Positions 51,194 to 61,874 of a DNA stretch of 64,000 nucleotides are shown piece after piece. Both the position numbers and the translations under genes were made by a program. A model generated the notes under the pieces. The model was not told the DNA's origin, ran no database searches, and saw nothing but the letters and a program-made list of their open reading frames with translations. How positions within the stretch are numbered: the stretch's first letter is position 1; each line of letters opens with the position of its first letter. The stretch is from an uncultured Acidobacteriota bacterium (lineage in GTDB: Bacteria; Actinomycetota; Acidimicrobiia; Spongiisociales; ZC4RG35): assembly GCA_963734115.1 (NCBI GenBank), contig CAVTFV010000008.1, positions 211,581-275,580 of the forward strand, given 5' to 3'.

Positions 51194-51538
51194 ATGAACG
51201 ATCTTCACGTAGTTGAGAGCGCGCACGTCCGCGACGATATCCCCGATTTCCGGTCCGGCGACACCGTAAAGGTGCACGTCCGGGTGGTCGAAGGCGGCAG
51301 AGAGCGCGTCCAGATATTCGAGGGACTTGTTATCGCCCGGAACGGGGCAGGGGCACGGGCCTCCTTCACCGTCCGCAAGTTGAGCTTCGGGGTGGGCGTC
51401 GAGCGGGTTTTCCCGGTTCACGCCCCGATCCTCTCCAAGATCGAGGTCGTCCGACGTGGTGACGTCCGTCGCTCCAAGCTGTACTACCTGCGCGATCGGG
51501 TCGGGAAATCGGCCCGCATCAAGGAGCTTCGCGACTGA
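51194..51538 (+). CDS. rplS: 50S ribosomal protein L19
   Basis: 114 aa. AGGAG lies 7 nt upstream of the ATG. Confidence 0.95.
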   Translation: MNDLHVVESAHVRDDIPDFRSGDTVKVHVRVVEGGRERVQIFEGLVIARNGAGARASFTVRKLSFGVGVERVFPVHAPILSKIEVVRRGDVRRSKLYYLRDRVGKSARIKELRD

Positions 51539-51615
51539 TCTCGCACGACACAGGCCCCATCGACGAGGAGACGGTCCCGCAGACGCCGCCACGTCGGCGT
51601 TCATTCCTCGCCGAG

Positions 51616-52170
51616 TTGCCCGGATTGCTGTTGACGGCACTGGCCATCGCGGTCGTCATCAAGACATTCTTGATCCAGCCGTTCTGGATCCCGTCGGAGT
51701 CGATGCTCCCCACTATCGAGGTCAACGACCGGGTAATGGTCAACAAGCTGGCATATCAGTGGGGTGAGCCACAGCGTGGTGACATCGTTGTATTCCGCGA
51801 TCCCCGCGAGGAGGAGATCGAAGAGTCCATCCCCGAAGCGGTTATTCGCTCTGTCCTCGAGGCGGTCGGCATTCGCACTCGGGGTCATGAGGACCTGATC
51901 AAACGGGTCGTCGGCCTGCCGGGAGAGACCATCGAAGTCACGAACAACCGGGTCGTTGTCGACGGGACTCCGCTCGATGAGCCCTACTTGCCCGACGTCT
52001 TCATGCCAGACGAGCCGGCTGTCACCGTCGGGGCCGACGAGGTGTTCCTCATGGGAGACAACCGCGATGCGTCCTTCGACAGCAGGCGCTTCGGCCCGAT
52101 ACCGCTCGAAGACCTCATCGGGAGGGCCTTCGTGACCATTTGGCCCGTCTCACACATCGGCGGCCTTTAG
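51616..52170 (+). CDS. lepB: signal peptidase I (LepB); N-terminus may extend upstream to about 51538
   Basis: Catalytic IPSESMLPT (Ser) and KRVVGLPGE (Lys) boxes. The annotated TTG start omits the in-frame RRRSFLAELPG positive n-region. That region has no canonical start upstream except the ATC overlapping the rplS stop (TGATC). Confidence 0.85.
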   Translation: MPGLLLTALAIAVVIKTFLIQPFWIPSESMLPTIEVNDRVMVNKLAYQWGEPQRGDIVVFRDPREEEIEESIPEAVIRSVLEAVGIRTRGHEDLIKRVVGLPGETIEVTNNRVVVDGTPLDEPYLPDVFMPDEPAVTVGADEVFLMGDNRDASFDSRRFGPIPLEDLIGRAFVTIWPVSHIGGL

Positions 52171-52279
52171 AGGCGCGTCTCTATTCACCGACAGACGACT
52201 GAAAACGTCACCGGATTGTTAGCCGTTAAGTAACGAGCCGTGCATATGATCTTTTGTCGGCCTGTGTGAAGAGGAGAGC

Positions 52280-52576
52280 ATGGAAGAAGACCTGGAGCGG
52301 TACGAATCCGAGGTTGAGCTCAAGATCTACAAGGAGTACCACGACGTCCTTCCGATGTTCCGGTACGTGGTGGAGACCGAGCGCCGCTTCTATCTGGCCA
52401 ACCACGTCGATCTCCAGGTGCGTGAGGCCAACGGATCGGTCTTCTTCGAGGTCGAGATGAAGGATGCATGGGTATGGGACATGTTCCGACCGGCCCGGTT
52501 CCTGGAACACGTCAAGGTCCTGACATTCCGCGACGTGAACGTCGAAGAGCTGGAGCAGCAAGAGATCTCGATCTGA
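52280..52576 (+). CDS. DUF2469-family conserved actinobacterial protein
   Basis: 98 aa, sitting immediately after lepB as in other actinobacteria. It is preceded by an AT-rich spacer with a TATGAT box. Confidence 0.7.
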   Translation: MEEDLERYESEVELKIYKEYHDVLPMFRYVVETERRFYLANHVDLQVREANGSVFFEVEMKDAWVWDMFRPARFLEHVKVLTFRDVNVEELEQQEISI

Positions 52577-52599
52577 CCGATCGGGCGAAGGTTGGGGAG

Positions 52600-52896
52600 T
52601 TGGGCGAGCGGATCGCCGCCACATTCCTTACCAGCCACGGGCTCGATGTGGTCAGACGCAACTTCGAGGTTGGCTGTGGCGAGCTCGACCTTCTCGCCCT
52701 CGACCGGGGACAACGGGTTGTCGTCGAGGTGAGGGCCATAACTTCCGATCGCGACCCCATCGATGCCATAGGGCCAAGCAAGCGACGACGGGTCTCCCGG
52801 CTGGCTGGCGCAGTGGGTGCCTCACGTGTCGATCTCCTTGGAATCCGGATCGGGCCCGATGACGTGGTGGTCCATTGGGTGCCGGGACGTGGTTGA
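52600..52896 (+). CDS. YraN-family (UPF0102) endonuclease
   Basis: GERIAATFLTSHGLDVVRRNFEVGCGELDLLALDRGQRVVVEVRA. I placed the start at the in-frame TTG after the DUF2469 stop. The start is uncertain. Confidence 0.6.
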   Translation: MGERIAATFLTSHGLDVVRRNFEVGCGELDLLALDRGQRVVVEVRAITSDRDPIDAIGPSKRRRVSRLAGAVGASRVDLLGIRIGPDDVVVHWVPGRG

Positions 52897-52929
52897 CTGC
52901 CCGGCCATGTCGCATGACCGGCTCCCCGA

Positions 52930-53829
52930 GTGAACCTGACCAATCCTGCGATAGAGATCGAGGGTCTGGTCAAGCGGTACAAGTCGACTACCGCGCTGGA
53001 TGGTCTCGATTGCGTGCTCCCTTCGGGAGCCATCACCGGGCTGCTCGGACCGAACGGGGCCGGCAAGACGACGCTGTTTCGCTCGCTCCTTGGCCTCACC
53101 AGGACCGATGCCGGGCGCATCCTCGTCCTCGATCAGGAGATTCCCCGTGGCCTGGTCGAGGTAACGAAGAAGATCGGGGCGATCATCGAGGAGCCTGGTC
53201 TGATCAGGGCGCTCACCGGGCGTGTCAATCTCCAGGTTGCGGCCGACCAACTCGGCTTCGGCCACGATCGCATCGATGAGTTGCTCGACTTCGTCGGCCT
53301 GCAGGGCGATGCGGGGCGCAAGGTCGACGAGTACTCCAAGGGAATGCGGCAGCGTCTCGCCCTTGCCGCGGCGCTGATCGGTGACCCTCAGCTCCTGCTG
53401 CTCGACGAGCCTCTCGACGGGCTCGACCCTGCCGGGCAGATGGCGTTTCGGGCACGTCTCCGTGAGATCGCGGACAGCGGCCAAACGGTCGTGGTTTCGA
53501 GTCACGACCTGGCCGATATCGAGGCGCTGGCCGACTATGTGGTGGTCCTCAACCACGGGAAGCTGGTTACGGAAGGTCCTTTGGAGGACATGCTGTCTGG
53601 CGGCGCCACCCGGGTGGTCACCGACAACAGGGATGCCGCAATTGCCGCCCTGTCGACGGCCGGCATCGATGTCAGTCAGGACGGCGGGGCGCTGATGGTG
53701 GATGAGAGTGACGGAAGCCGGGTGGTCAGAGTGTTGGCCGAGGCGGGCATCTATCCAAGGGAGATCGGGCCGGCCCGATCGACCCTGGAGTCCGTGTTCC
53801 TCGGTATGACCGGCGAGGAACGGTCGTGA
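52930..53829 (+). CDS. ABC transporter ATP-binding protein
   Basis: Walker [10 protein letters not shown], signature YSKGMRQRL, Walker B LLLLDEP. Confidence 0.85.
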   Translation: MNLTNPAIEIEGLVKRYKSTTALDGLDCVLPSGAITGLLGPNGAGKTTLFRSLLGLTRTDAGRILVLDQEIPRGLVEVTKKIGAIIEEPGLIRALTGRVNLQVAADQLGFGHDRIDELLDFVGLQGDAGRKVDEYSKGMRQRLALAAALIGDPQLLLLDEPLDGLDPAGQMAFRARLREIADSGQTVVVSSHDLADIEALADYVVVLNHGKLVTEGPLEDMLSGGATRVVTDNRDAAIAALSTAGIDVSQDGGALMVDESDGSRVVRVLAEAGIYPREIGPARSTLESVFLGMTGEERS

Positions 53830-54590
53830 GTCTGATTCATGCCGAATACCTGAAGCTGAGCCGTCGCCGGCTCTACTACATGATGGTGGTCATCCTGGCC
53901 GCGCTGGTCGGCTTGCTCGCCTTCTTCTTGTTGATCTTCGCCCAGATCGCCCCCGAGCTGGCCGAAGACGTGCCGCTGCTGAGGAAACCCGTCGCCTACG
54001 TCTTCGGCGCCCAGCAGGTGGCAGGGCAGACTTGGTTCCCGCTGATCCTGGCCGTTGTAATGCTGGGGAGCGAGTTCGGGAGCACGGTGTGGGCCACGGC
54101 GTTGACCAGGGATCCGCGTCGGGTCAGCCAGATCTCCGCCCGTTTCTTGGTTCTGGCCCTCGCCTCGCTGCTCGCGATCGCGGCCGGCATCGCCGGGTGG
54201 TCGATCGTCACAGCGATCGCCGTGCCGGGCGAAGGTGGTCCCGGCGTCGAGGAATGGCTGAACCTGGTGTGGAAGGTCGGGCTGATCGAGCTGGCGTGGA
54301 CTGCGATTGGCCTCGGGGCCGTGGCTCAGCTTCGATCGGTCGGGCCTGCGATCGGAGCTGCGCTCGCCCTCTACTTCATCGACCCGATCCTCGGCCTCTG
54401 GGGACCTTGGGAAACCGTCTCCCTGTCTGCAGCTAGCAGCGCGCTCTTCCAGATCGACATCCCCGGCGGGTTCGGTGCCTTCCTACCCGGGACAGACTTG
54501 TCACTGCCTCACGCGGTGGCGGTCATGTTGGGCTGGACCGCTCTCGGACTGTTTCTGACCTGGTGGGGTCTTCACCGCCGCGACGCCTGA
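53826..54590 (+). CDS. ABC-2 family transporter permease
   Basis: 254 aa, 6 TM helices, start overlapping the ATPase stop. Confidence 0.7.
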   Translation: MSLIHAEYLKLSRRRLYYMMVVILAALVGLLAFFLLIFAQIAPELAEDVPLLRKPVAYVFGAQQVAGQTWFPLILAVVMLGSEFGSTVWATALTRDPRRVSQISARFLVLALASLLAIAAGIAGWSIVTAIAVPGEGGPGVEEWLNLVWKVGLIELAWTAIGLGAVAQLRSVGPAIGAALALYFIDPILGLWGPWETVSLSAASSALFQIDIPGGFGAFLPGTDLSLPHAVAVMLGWTALGLFLTWWGLHRRDA

Positions 54591-54879
54591 GCGCCAAATC
54601 GCCGCCGCATCTCCTTGTGCCAGCACCCGTGATGCCAGTGCCGTCGTAGGTCGGGCTCGTGGTCGGGCACGACCACCAGATGAAACATGCCGGGAGCAAT
54701 GATGGTGTTGCAGCCGGGACAGATGTACTCCTTGCGCGCCGCATAGGGCTGCACTGGGGAGACGGTCACCCCGAGAAGATCGCCCACGCCAGGACCGCGA
54801 ATATCGCCAGGAACGCGACCACCACCGCGACGATGTCGGCCGTGCTCTTCTCGTGATCGCGAAACGGGTTGAACCCCAT
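54572..54879 (-). CDS. membrane-anchored zinc-ribbon protein; frameshift in a G-run near 54770
   Basis: MGFNPFRDHEKSTADIVAVVVAFLAIFAVLAWAIFSG (TM helix), then after a shift VTVSPVQPYAARKEYICPGCNTIIAPGMFHLVVVPDHEPDLRRHWHHGCWHK. Adding one G to GGGG restores one ORF. Coordinates are good to +/-2 nt. Confidence 0.5.
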
Positions 54880-54920
54880 GCTCGGAACGGTAACCAAGGC
54901 CGGCGCTGTCTACCGTCATC

Positions 54921-55703
54921 GTGGTGAGCTGGTTGCACACCGAGGATCGCGAGCTAGTGCGCTGGCTCACGATCGATCGCCCCGACAGGAAGAACGCCAT
55001 CCCGTTCGATGGCTGGGGCGAGCTGCGGGCGGCCTTCGATACATTCGAGGCATCGGAACAGCGGGTGCTGGTGATCACCGGTTCCGGTGGAGAGTTCTGC
55101 GCCGGGGCCGACCTGGACCCGGCGCGGGTGGATCGGCTGCAATCCGTCGAGGACCGTCATTCACGGATGAAGGAGGTGGCGGCCGCCGCCATGGCCCTGC
55201 ATCGGTTGACCAAGCCGGCCATCGCCGCCGTCGACGGGGTCGCCGTGGGGGCGGGCTTGAACCTCGCCCTCGGCTGTGACGTCGTCGTCGCCACCGAGCG
55301 GGCCCGGTTCTCCGAGATCTTCGTGAGAAGAGGACTCACGGTGGACTTCGGCGGGTCGTGGCTGCTGCCCCGGGCGGTCGGTATGCAGCGGGCCAAGGAG
55401 TTGGCGCTTTCGGGGCGGATCGTGGAGGCCGATGAGGCTGCGCGGATCGGCCTCGTCACCGAGGTGGTCCCGGTCGAGGCCCTCGAACCGCGGGTCACCG
55501 AGATCGCTCAGAGCTTTCTCGCCGGCGCTCCCGTGGCTCAGATGTTCGCCAAGCAGACGCTCAACGCCAGCTTTCAAATGGGCCTCGCCGATGCCTTGTC
55601 TTGGGAGGGCGAGGCTCAGTCCGTGGCTCTCGGCACCGAGGATGCCGCCGAGGGATTGCTCGCCTTCCTCGAGAAGCGGGACCCGGAATGGAAGGGGAGA
55701 TAG
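54921..55703 (+). CDS. enoyl-CoA hydratase/isomerase (crotonase family)
   Basis: 260 aa with the oxyanion-hole region (GSGGEFCAGADL and AAVDGVAVGAGLNLALGCD). Confidence 0.85.
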   Translation: MVSWLHTEDRELVRWLTIDRPDRKNAIPFDGWGELRAAFDTFEASEQRVLVITGSGGEFCAGADLDPARVDRLQSVEDRHSRMKEVAAAAMALHRLTKPAIAAVDGVAVGAGLNLALGCDVVVATERARFSEIFVRRGLTVDFGGSWLLPRAVGMQRAKELALSGRIVEADEAARIGLVTEVVPVEALEPRVTEIAQSFLAGAPVAQMFAKQTLNASFQMGLADALSWEGEAQSVALGTEDAAEGLLAFLEKRDPEWKGR

Positions 55704-55775
55704 GGGCTCGGCCCGCCCAAGGCCTGCGCTGCATTACGCGCAACTGAGGACAATGCTGTGCAACGCGGTCACCCG

Positions 55776-56219
55776 TTAGACCTCTCCGATGTCCTCGTTC
55801 CACAGATCTGGCCGTGCTTCGATGAACCCCGTCATCATGTCGACGCAGCGCTGATCGTCGACGACGACGACCTCGACGCCATTGGATCTGAGCAGGTCCT
55901 CGGCGCCGAGGAAGGTCCGATTCTCCCCGATCACCACCTTGGGGATCCCGTACAGCAGGATGGCCCCGGTGCACATGTGACATGGGGAGAGCGTGGTGTA
56001 GATCGCCGAGCGCCGATACTCAGCGGCGACGAGACGCCCGGCGTTCTCCAGGGCATCCATCTCACCGTGGAGGATCGGGCTCCCCTTCTGCACTCGACGG
56101 TTGTGACCACGACCCACGACCTCGCTGTCGACCACGAGCACTGCCCCGATCGGGATCCCGCCTTCAGCCAACCCGAGCCCGGCCTCGTCGATGGCAGCGT
56201 CGAGGAACGGGTCGGGCAC
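55776..56219 (-). CDS. CDA-fold zinc-dependent nucleoside/tRNA deaminase (TadA/guanine deaminase-like)
   Basis: HGEMDAL and SPCHMCTGA zinc-binding motifs. Confidence 0.75.
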   Translation of the reverse strand: MPDPFLDAAIDEAGLGLAEGGIPIGAVLVVDSEVVGRGHNRRVQKGSPILHGEMDALENAGRLVAAEYRRSAIYTTLSPCHMCTGAILLYGIPKVVIGENRTFLGAEDLLRSNGVEVVVVDDQRCVDMMTGFIEARPDLWNEDIGEV

Positions 56220-56249
56220 GTGCAGATCCTACGTCCCCGACCCCATCCC

Positions 56250-56876
56250 TCACTGGCCCGGGTAGGCCTCGACGAACCGCTCGGTGTTGATCTGGTAGAG
56301 GTCGAGGATCACCTGGTCCACATCGACCTCGCGGTTGAACATAATCTCGGCGTCCGCTGGATGGTGGGTCCCAACCCATCTGGCGAAGACCTCGAATGAC
56401 TCCGGTATCCACTGGCTGCGGAAGTTCTCGTCCTTGTCGATTACAGCAGTAATGCCCGTGTCGCCGAACTCCATCACGTGCACGCCGACGATCGGCTCCA
56501 GACCCATTGCATCAGACCAGTCATTGCGTGCCGCAACCCTGCACTCGATCCCACCGCCGTCGATCTCGAGGCATTGGTCGAGACTCCACTGCCAGCCGGT
56601 TGCCTCATACCAGTCGAACTGACGTTCAAGTGACCACGCACGACCGAACAAACTCACCTCCTCGGATCCGGCCGCAGCAGGGTCCAGGTACGAGATGGCC
56701 GTCTCCCGATCACCAGCCGACACCGCCATCCAGAAAGCTGTCGCACGATCCAGTGGTGCGGCGACTTGAGGCCCGCGAGTCGCAATCAGCGCGCCGATCC
56801 CGATGGCGATCACCACCGCCGCCACCGCTGCAGCCACCAAAGGCCCCCGGCTCCGATCCGGACGCGATTCGCTCAT
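56250..56876 (-). CDS. hypothetical N-terminally anchored protein; its soluble domain is paralogous to the C-terminal domain of the adjacent anti-sigma-like protein
   Basis: TM helix LVAAAVAAVVIAIGIGALIA. Its ...FEVFARWVGTHHPADAEIMFN...ERFVEAY segment resembles ...FAEFRSWVQGNHPDDESVMYS...IDEFVAEV in the 56873..57685 gene. Confidence 0.5.
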   Translation of the reverse strand: MSESRPDRSRGPLVAAAVAAVVIAIGIGALIATRGPQVAAPLDRATAFWMAVSAGDRETAISYLDPAAAGSEEVSLFGRAWSLERQFDWYEATGWQWSLDQCLEIDGGGIECRVAARNDWSDAMGLEPIVGVHVMEFGDTGITAVIDKDENFRSQWIPESFEVFARWVGTHHPADAEIMFNREVDVDQVILDLYQINTERFVEAYPGQ

Positions 56877-57685
56877 CCGTCTACCTCCGCCACGAACTCA
56901 TCGATGTATTGCTTCCAAAGACCTAAGGACTCGGGCTCGACGGCTGCGTAGTCATTCGCGTACGGGGTCTGCCGGGTATCCGGTGGGGTCGAGTACATGA
57001 CCGATTCGTCGTCAGGGTGGTTCCCCTGCACCCATGACCGAAACTCGGCGAACGACTCATCCATGCTGCTCGATTCGGGCCAGGTCTCGACAGCGCGCAC
57101 GATTTCACCGCCGCTGACGTACACCGTGTATGTCCCTTCAGTGGCCCCGAGCCCGAGAGCCTTCGTCAGGTCGTGCTGAAGTGCCCAGGAGCACTCGACC
57201 GGGGTTGCCTCTCTGCCTGCGTAAGAAATCGGCGGGCGCTCCACGCAATTGACGCCTGTGTACTCGAAGCCCAGTGCCCGATTGAGATCGGTGACTGCCG
57301 GCCATAGGTCGGGGTTCCACATGAGTTCCTGGTCCTCGAGCGCATACATTCCTCGGATTGCCATTCCATCGTGCTCATTGATCGCCGCCATGAACCCATT
57401 CGCCACCTGCTCGGCACGTGTCGGATTCGCGGCCAGCGGCGTCACGTTGATCAAGATCGGGATCGCCACCACGAGGACTGCGATCATGGCCATCGCCGCC
57501 GCAAGCTTGGGCCGGCCCGGCCGGGAAACGGTGGTCTGGATCGTCTTTTCTGTCAGATCACCCCTCGTGACGGATCGAGTCTTGATGGAATCGATGTCCA
57601 CCGGCTCGATCGGATCGAGCAGATCCACCGAGGGCACCGGGTTCGCCCGGGCGAAGAGAGCAGCCGCCTGATCTTCGATGTTCAC
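56873..57685 (-). CDS. anti-sigma-like membrane protein with extracytoplasmic domain (intact paralog of the decayed copies at 32-35 kb)
   Basis: GTG start (VNIEDQAAALFARANPVPSVDLLDPIEP). It overlaps the sigma gene stop (GTGA) and has one TM helix (LAAAMAMIAVLVVAIPILINV). Colinear with MTHDQI..NP.PD..LEPVDVPVLTT of the decayed copies. Confidence 0.65.
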   Translation of the reverse strand: MNIEDQAAALFARANPVPSVDLLDPIEPVDIDSIKTRSVTRGDLTEKTIQTTVSRPGRPKLAAAMAMIAVLVVAIPILINVTPLAANPTRAEQVANGFMAAINEHDGMAIRGMYALEDQELMWNPDLWPAVTDLNRALGFEYTGVNCVERPPISYAGREATPVECSWALQHDLTKALGLGATEGTYTVYVSGGEIVRAVETWPESSSMDESFAEFRSWVQGNHPDDESVMYSTPPDTRQTPYANDYAAVEPESLGLWKQYIDEFVAEVDG

Positions 57686-58227
57686 GATCGACCTCCGTTC
57701 CGAGCAGCGGGGGGTTGACGATCTTCGGTGAGCTTGTGGTACTCGGCGGCCAGGTTGCGCCGAGCGCGATAGGCCCGTTCTTTGACCGCGGTGATGGCGA
57801 TTCCGAGAACGAGGGCGACATCGGCGTGGGTCAGCTCCTCCCACAAGGTGAGACGGAGGATCTCCTGATCGATGGGCCGGAGACGAGCGGCGGCGTCGAG
57901 GACGTCCCGGTATTCCTCGTTTCTGAGCACTACGACGTCGGGTGAAAAGGTGTCGATCTGGGCAAGCCCTTGCAGGCGTTGCAGGAGCCGCCGGCTGCGG
58001 GCCTTGTGCCTCCATTGATGAGAAAGGACCCTGTAGGCGACGGCGTAGAGCCAGGGCAGAGCGGCATCACCGTCCGGAATCTGATCAACTCTTCGCCAGG
58101 CCACGAGGAAGACGTCGGCGACTGCATCGGCAACCTGTGAGCCGGCAGTGCGACGAGCGCAGTACGCCTGTATGGGCTGGGCGTAGCGGCGGTAGATCTC
58201 GACAAATCGCGCTTCGTCGTCGGTCAT
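57682..58227 (-). CDS. ECF-type RNA polymerase sigma factor
   Basis: Region 2 (ADVFLVAWRRVDQIP...PWLYAVAYRV) and region 4 (LTLWEELTHADVALVLGIAITAVKERAYRARRNL). Confidence 0.8.
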   Translation of the reverse strand: MTDDEARFVEIYRRYAQPIQAYCARRTAGSQVADAVADVFLVAWRRVDQIPDGDAALPWLYAVAYRVLSHQWRHKARSRRLLQRLQGLAQIDTFSPDVVVLRNEEYRDVLDAAARLRPIDQEILRLTLWEELTHADVALVLGIAITAVKERAYRARRNLAAEYHKLTEDRQPPAARNGGRS

Positions 58228-58408
58228 TGCGGCCCGAGGTTGGGTGCCGGTCCTCATCACCGATCCTTGTGCCCGTACCTGGTGCCTGGTAACCGTATCT
58301 TTTCCGTTACCCGATCAGGGAAGCGGGCATTGTCCACACGGAGCAACCGGGGGGTTGCCAGGCGAGCACCACGTTCCCGGGACGTGGAGCCCGTCCCGAC
58401 GGGGAAAC

Positions 58409-59413
58409 CTACTGAGCGGGAAGTGGCTGACCGGCGCTGAAGGCGTTGAGCACGTCGGTTGCCGCCGGCTCGGAGCGCACCAGATAGGCGACCCCGCCCT
58501 CCTCGGCGCCGACTACCGGAAGCGTCATGGACTCGGTGACGTCGGCCGAGCGCATGTCCCAGCCGGTCCTCGCCAGGTCGAAAAGGGTCAGATCGGAATC
58601 GGCGGTGAGGTGGGAACCGACAGCAGTCACTACAAGCGGGCTCCGCACCGCGCCCGAGGGCGAGGACGCCTCGGCCATGATCTTGGTCAGCACCTCGCGC
58701 TGTCGGGCCGCCCTGGCGATATCGCCACCACCCTGAGGGACCCAGACGCCATCGATGAACTCTTCGTAGCTACGCGAGCGGGCATACGCCAGCGCGGTGG
58801 CGCCATCGACCTTCTGCACACCCGCTTCGACGTTCAACCCCGACTTTGCATCTCGGGCCGGATAGGGGATGTCGAGCTCGATACCACCCAATGCATCGAC
58901 GATTCCGGCGAACCCGCCGAACTCGACCTCCATGTAGTGATTGGGTCGTATCCCGGTGGCGTTGGCCACTGTCTCGACGAGGAGATCCGGACCACCGAAG
59001 GCGTAAGCGGCGTTGATCCGATTGACCCCCTGGCCGGGGATCTCCACTTTGAGGTCGCGGGGAATGGAGAGCAGCTGCCTTCGCCCGTCCACCACTTGGG
59101 CCAGGATGATGACGTCGGCCCGTGAGCCGGCGAAGTCTCCGAAGTTGCCTTGGTTCAGGTCGTCGGGCAAGTTCTCACGGCTGTCGGTTCCGACGATGAG
59201 ATAGACCCCGTCCCCGGCGGCCAGCGAAGGCATCGGCCCCGCGTCCTCCATCTGGAAGTCGGCCAGCACTGTCATCCCGACCAGGAGGGCCAGCGCCAGC
59301 ACCAGGAACAGAAGGATCCGGATGGTCCAGCGCTGACCGCGGCTGTAGCGACGACGCTTCGTTGTCGACGGCGCAGGACGTGGCTGGGTCTTGGTCGTGG
59401 GGTTGTGGCTCAT
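58409..59413 (-). CDS. LytR-CpsA-Psr (LCP) family cell-envelope phosphotransferase
   Basis: N-terminal TM helix, then the LCP core (LIVGTDSR...RADVIILAQV...RINAAYAFGG). Confidence 0.8.
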   Translation of the reverse strand: MSHNPTTKTQPRPAPSTTKRRRYSRGQRWTIRILLFLVLALALLVGMTVLADFQMEDAGPMPSLAAGDGVYLIVGTDSRENLPDDLNQGNFGDFAGSRADVIILAQVVDGRRQLLSIPRDLKVEIPGQGVNRINAAYAFGGPDLLVETVANATGIRPNHYMEVEFGGFAGIVDALGGIELDIPYPARDAKSGLNVEAGVQKVDGATALAYARSRSYEEFIDGVWVPQGGGDIARAARQREVLTKIMAEASSPSGAVRSPLVVTAVGSHLTADSDLTLFDLARTGWDMRSADVTESMTLPVVGAEEGGVAYLVRSEPAATDVLNAFSAGQPLPAQ

Positions 59414-59525
59414 GGCGAATCGGCACCAGGGTGCCGGTAAGACGGTAAACCTGACCTAACAGTTAGTCGCGTACCTGCGGCACAGACCCCTTCCAACCAG
59501 AGTTTCCGCCTCGTACGTTCGGGCC

Positions 59526-60999
59526 ATGTATGCAGCCGCCACTTCGGTGGCGCTAGTCGGAGGGGAGGCGCGACCGGTCCGCGTCGAGGCCCACGTCGGG
59601 CGTCAGATTGAGGCATTCAAACTGTCGGGACTTCCCGACACCGCGGTTCGGGAGGCCAAGGATCGGGTGCGAGCGGCGGTCGCTTCGGCCGGGATCCGCT
59701 TCCCCAACAGGACGGTCACCGTGAATCTTGCACCCGCCGACCTTCCCAAGGGCGGGACCGACTACGACCTCCCGATCGCATTGGGGATCCTCGCCGCCAG
59801 CAAGGAGATCCCGCCCCTACGTGAAGCCGTTGTGGTGGGCGAGCTCGCCCTCGACGGTGCGGTCAGACCGGGCTCCAACGCATTTGGCGCAGGCGTGCTG
59901 AGTGCCCGGCAGAAGGTGCCCTGTCTCGTGGCCTCATCGGTGGTCGGTGAGTCGGCATCCATCCCCGGGGCCAGGGCCTATGGCGTCGACAGCCTTGCGG
60001 CCGCGGTGGACCTACTCCGTGAGGGTCTGGGAAACGTCGAGCCGGCGGAACCCGGCGCTCCCATCGTCGGGGAGAAGGCGCCCGACCTGGCCGACATCAG
60101 GGGCCAGCCAATGGCGAGACGGGCGCTCGAGGTGGCGGCGGCAGGCGGTCATCACCTCCTGATGCATGGTCCGCCCGGGTCGGGCAAGACGATGTTGGCC
60201 CGGCGGATCATCGGCATCCTCCCTCCTCTCGAGATCGAGCATGCCGTGGAGACGGCGATGCTCTGGGCGGCGGCGGGCCGGCGCCGGGGGCTGGTGGTGA
60301 CGCCGCCGTTTCGCTCTCCTCATCACACGGCCTCCAAGGCGGCCCTGGTCGGGGGCGGCAGTGGCAATCCGGTCCCGGGAGAAGTTTCCTTGGCACATCG
60401 AGGTGTGCTCTTCTTGGACGAGCTGGCCGAGTTCCCCCGCAGTCATCTCGACACGCTCCGCCAGCCGTTGGAAGAAGGTGTCGTGTCGGTCGCCCGCCGG
60501 GGATCCTCTCTCGATTTCCCGGCTTCGTTTCAACTGCTGGCTGCAACCAACCCGTGCCCCTGCGGTTTCTACGGAGACGGGCGACGACCGTGCGACTGTC
60601 GTCCGGCCATCCTCGGCCGCTATCGGTCCCGCATCTCCGGACCTCTGATCGACCGGTTCGACCTCATCGTCCGCGTAGGCCGCGTCGATGCAGCGGAATA
60701 CTCGGGGCCACGGGGCGAGGCGAGCGCTTCGGTCGCCGCCCGCGTCGAGCAGGCCCGTGAAGCGCAAATGCGACGAGGGCAGATCAATCGCTACCTGGAC
60801 CCTCAGTGACGGTCGCGAGTCGGAAGCTGCCGGCCGATTGGTTGCCATGGCCGTCGGCAACGGGGTCCTGACGGCCCGCGGTGGAGACCGTGTCCGGCGA
60901 GTGGCGCGCACCATTGCCGACCTGGACGGGGTGGATCAGGTCGAAGAGCAACATATGGCCGAGGCGATCGGCCTCCGCGGCGAGTGGCGGGATGAATGA
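59526..60999 (+). CDS. yifB: YifB/ComM-family Mg-chelatase-like AAA+ ATPase; frameshift near 60790
   Basis: Lon-like N-domain, Walker A GPPGSGKTMLA, sensor motifs. The C-terminal LTARGGDRVRRVARTIADLDGVDQV...AEAIGLR lies in the frame of ORF 60688..60999. Total length is 3n+1. Confidence 0.85.
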
Positions 61000-61822
61000 C
61001 GTTCGAGTGATGGCCCCGGACGGGCCTGACTATCCCATGGGCCTGCTCGATCTGGAGGACCCTCCTCGGTTGTACGCAATCGGGGATACCACCACGGCGC
61101 CGGCAGTGGCAGTAGTCGGCACACGCAGGTGCACCAGATATGGCCTCAATCTCGCCGATGCCTTCGGCCACGCCCTGTCCCGCGCCGGGTGGACCACCGT
61201 GAGCGGTCTGGCCCGCGGCATCGACGCCGCCGCTCATCGAGGGACGCTGCAAGGCCCCGGCGACGCCGTGGCGGTGCTGGGGTCCGGTGTCGACGTCGTC
61301 TACCCGGTGGAGAACACCGATCTCTATCGGGCGATCTTGCGGAGCCGCGGGGCGATCTTGTCCGAGTACCCACCAGGGACCAGGCCCGACCGATGGCGGT
61401 TTCCGGCGCGGAACCGGATCATCGCCGGCATCTCCTCGGCTGTCGTCGTGGTCGAGGCCGGGGAGAAGGGGGGAGCGCTGATCACGGCGCGGCTGGCGGC
61501 CGAGCTGGGAAGGCCGGTGTTCGTGGTCCCGGGCGACATCGATCGGCCCGCCTCCGTTGGCTGCAATCGGCTGATCCGGGATGGTGCCCATCCGGTCCTG
61601 GGAGTCGACGACTTTCTGGCCGAGCTCGAGTTGATCCTCGGCAAACCGCCCAACCAGGTGCCGCCTTCAGAGGGAGTCATCCCGGCGACTGGTCTCGCCA
61701 TTGACGATCTTCCCTCGTTCTGGGACTGCACCCCAGCCGAGGCCCTGGCCCGTCTCGCTCGCATGGAGATCGCGGGCGAGGCGCGTCGCGTGGGGGATCT
61801 GGTGCTCCCGGGCTCGGGTTGA
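60992..61822 (+). CDS. dprA: DNA-processing protein DprA (Smf)
   Basis: AVAVVGTRRCTRYG...GIDAAAHRG...VVEAGEKGGALITARLAAELGRPVFVVPG Rossmann core. The ATG overlaps the yifB stop. Confidence 0.8.
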   Translation: MNDVRVMAPDGPDYPMGLLDLEDPPRLYAIGDTTTAPAVAVVGTRRCTRYGLNLADAFGHALSRAGWTTVSGLARGIDAAAHRGTLQGPGDAVAVLGSGVDVVYPVENTDLYRAILRSRGAILSEYPPGTRPDRWRFPARNRIIAGISSAVVVVEAGEKGGALITARLAAELGRPVFVVPGDIDRPASVGCNRLIRDGAHPVLGVDDFLAELELILGKPPNQVPPSEGVIPATGLAIDDLPSFWDCTPAEALARLARMEIAGEARRVGDLVLPGSG

Positions 61823-61874
61823 CGGGTCCGGGGACCGCCCCGCCAATAGCATCTCCAATGTGAGGATTCCCCCC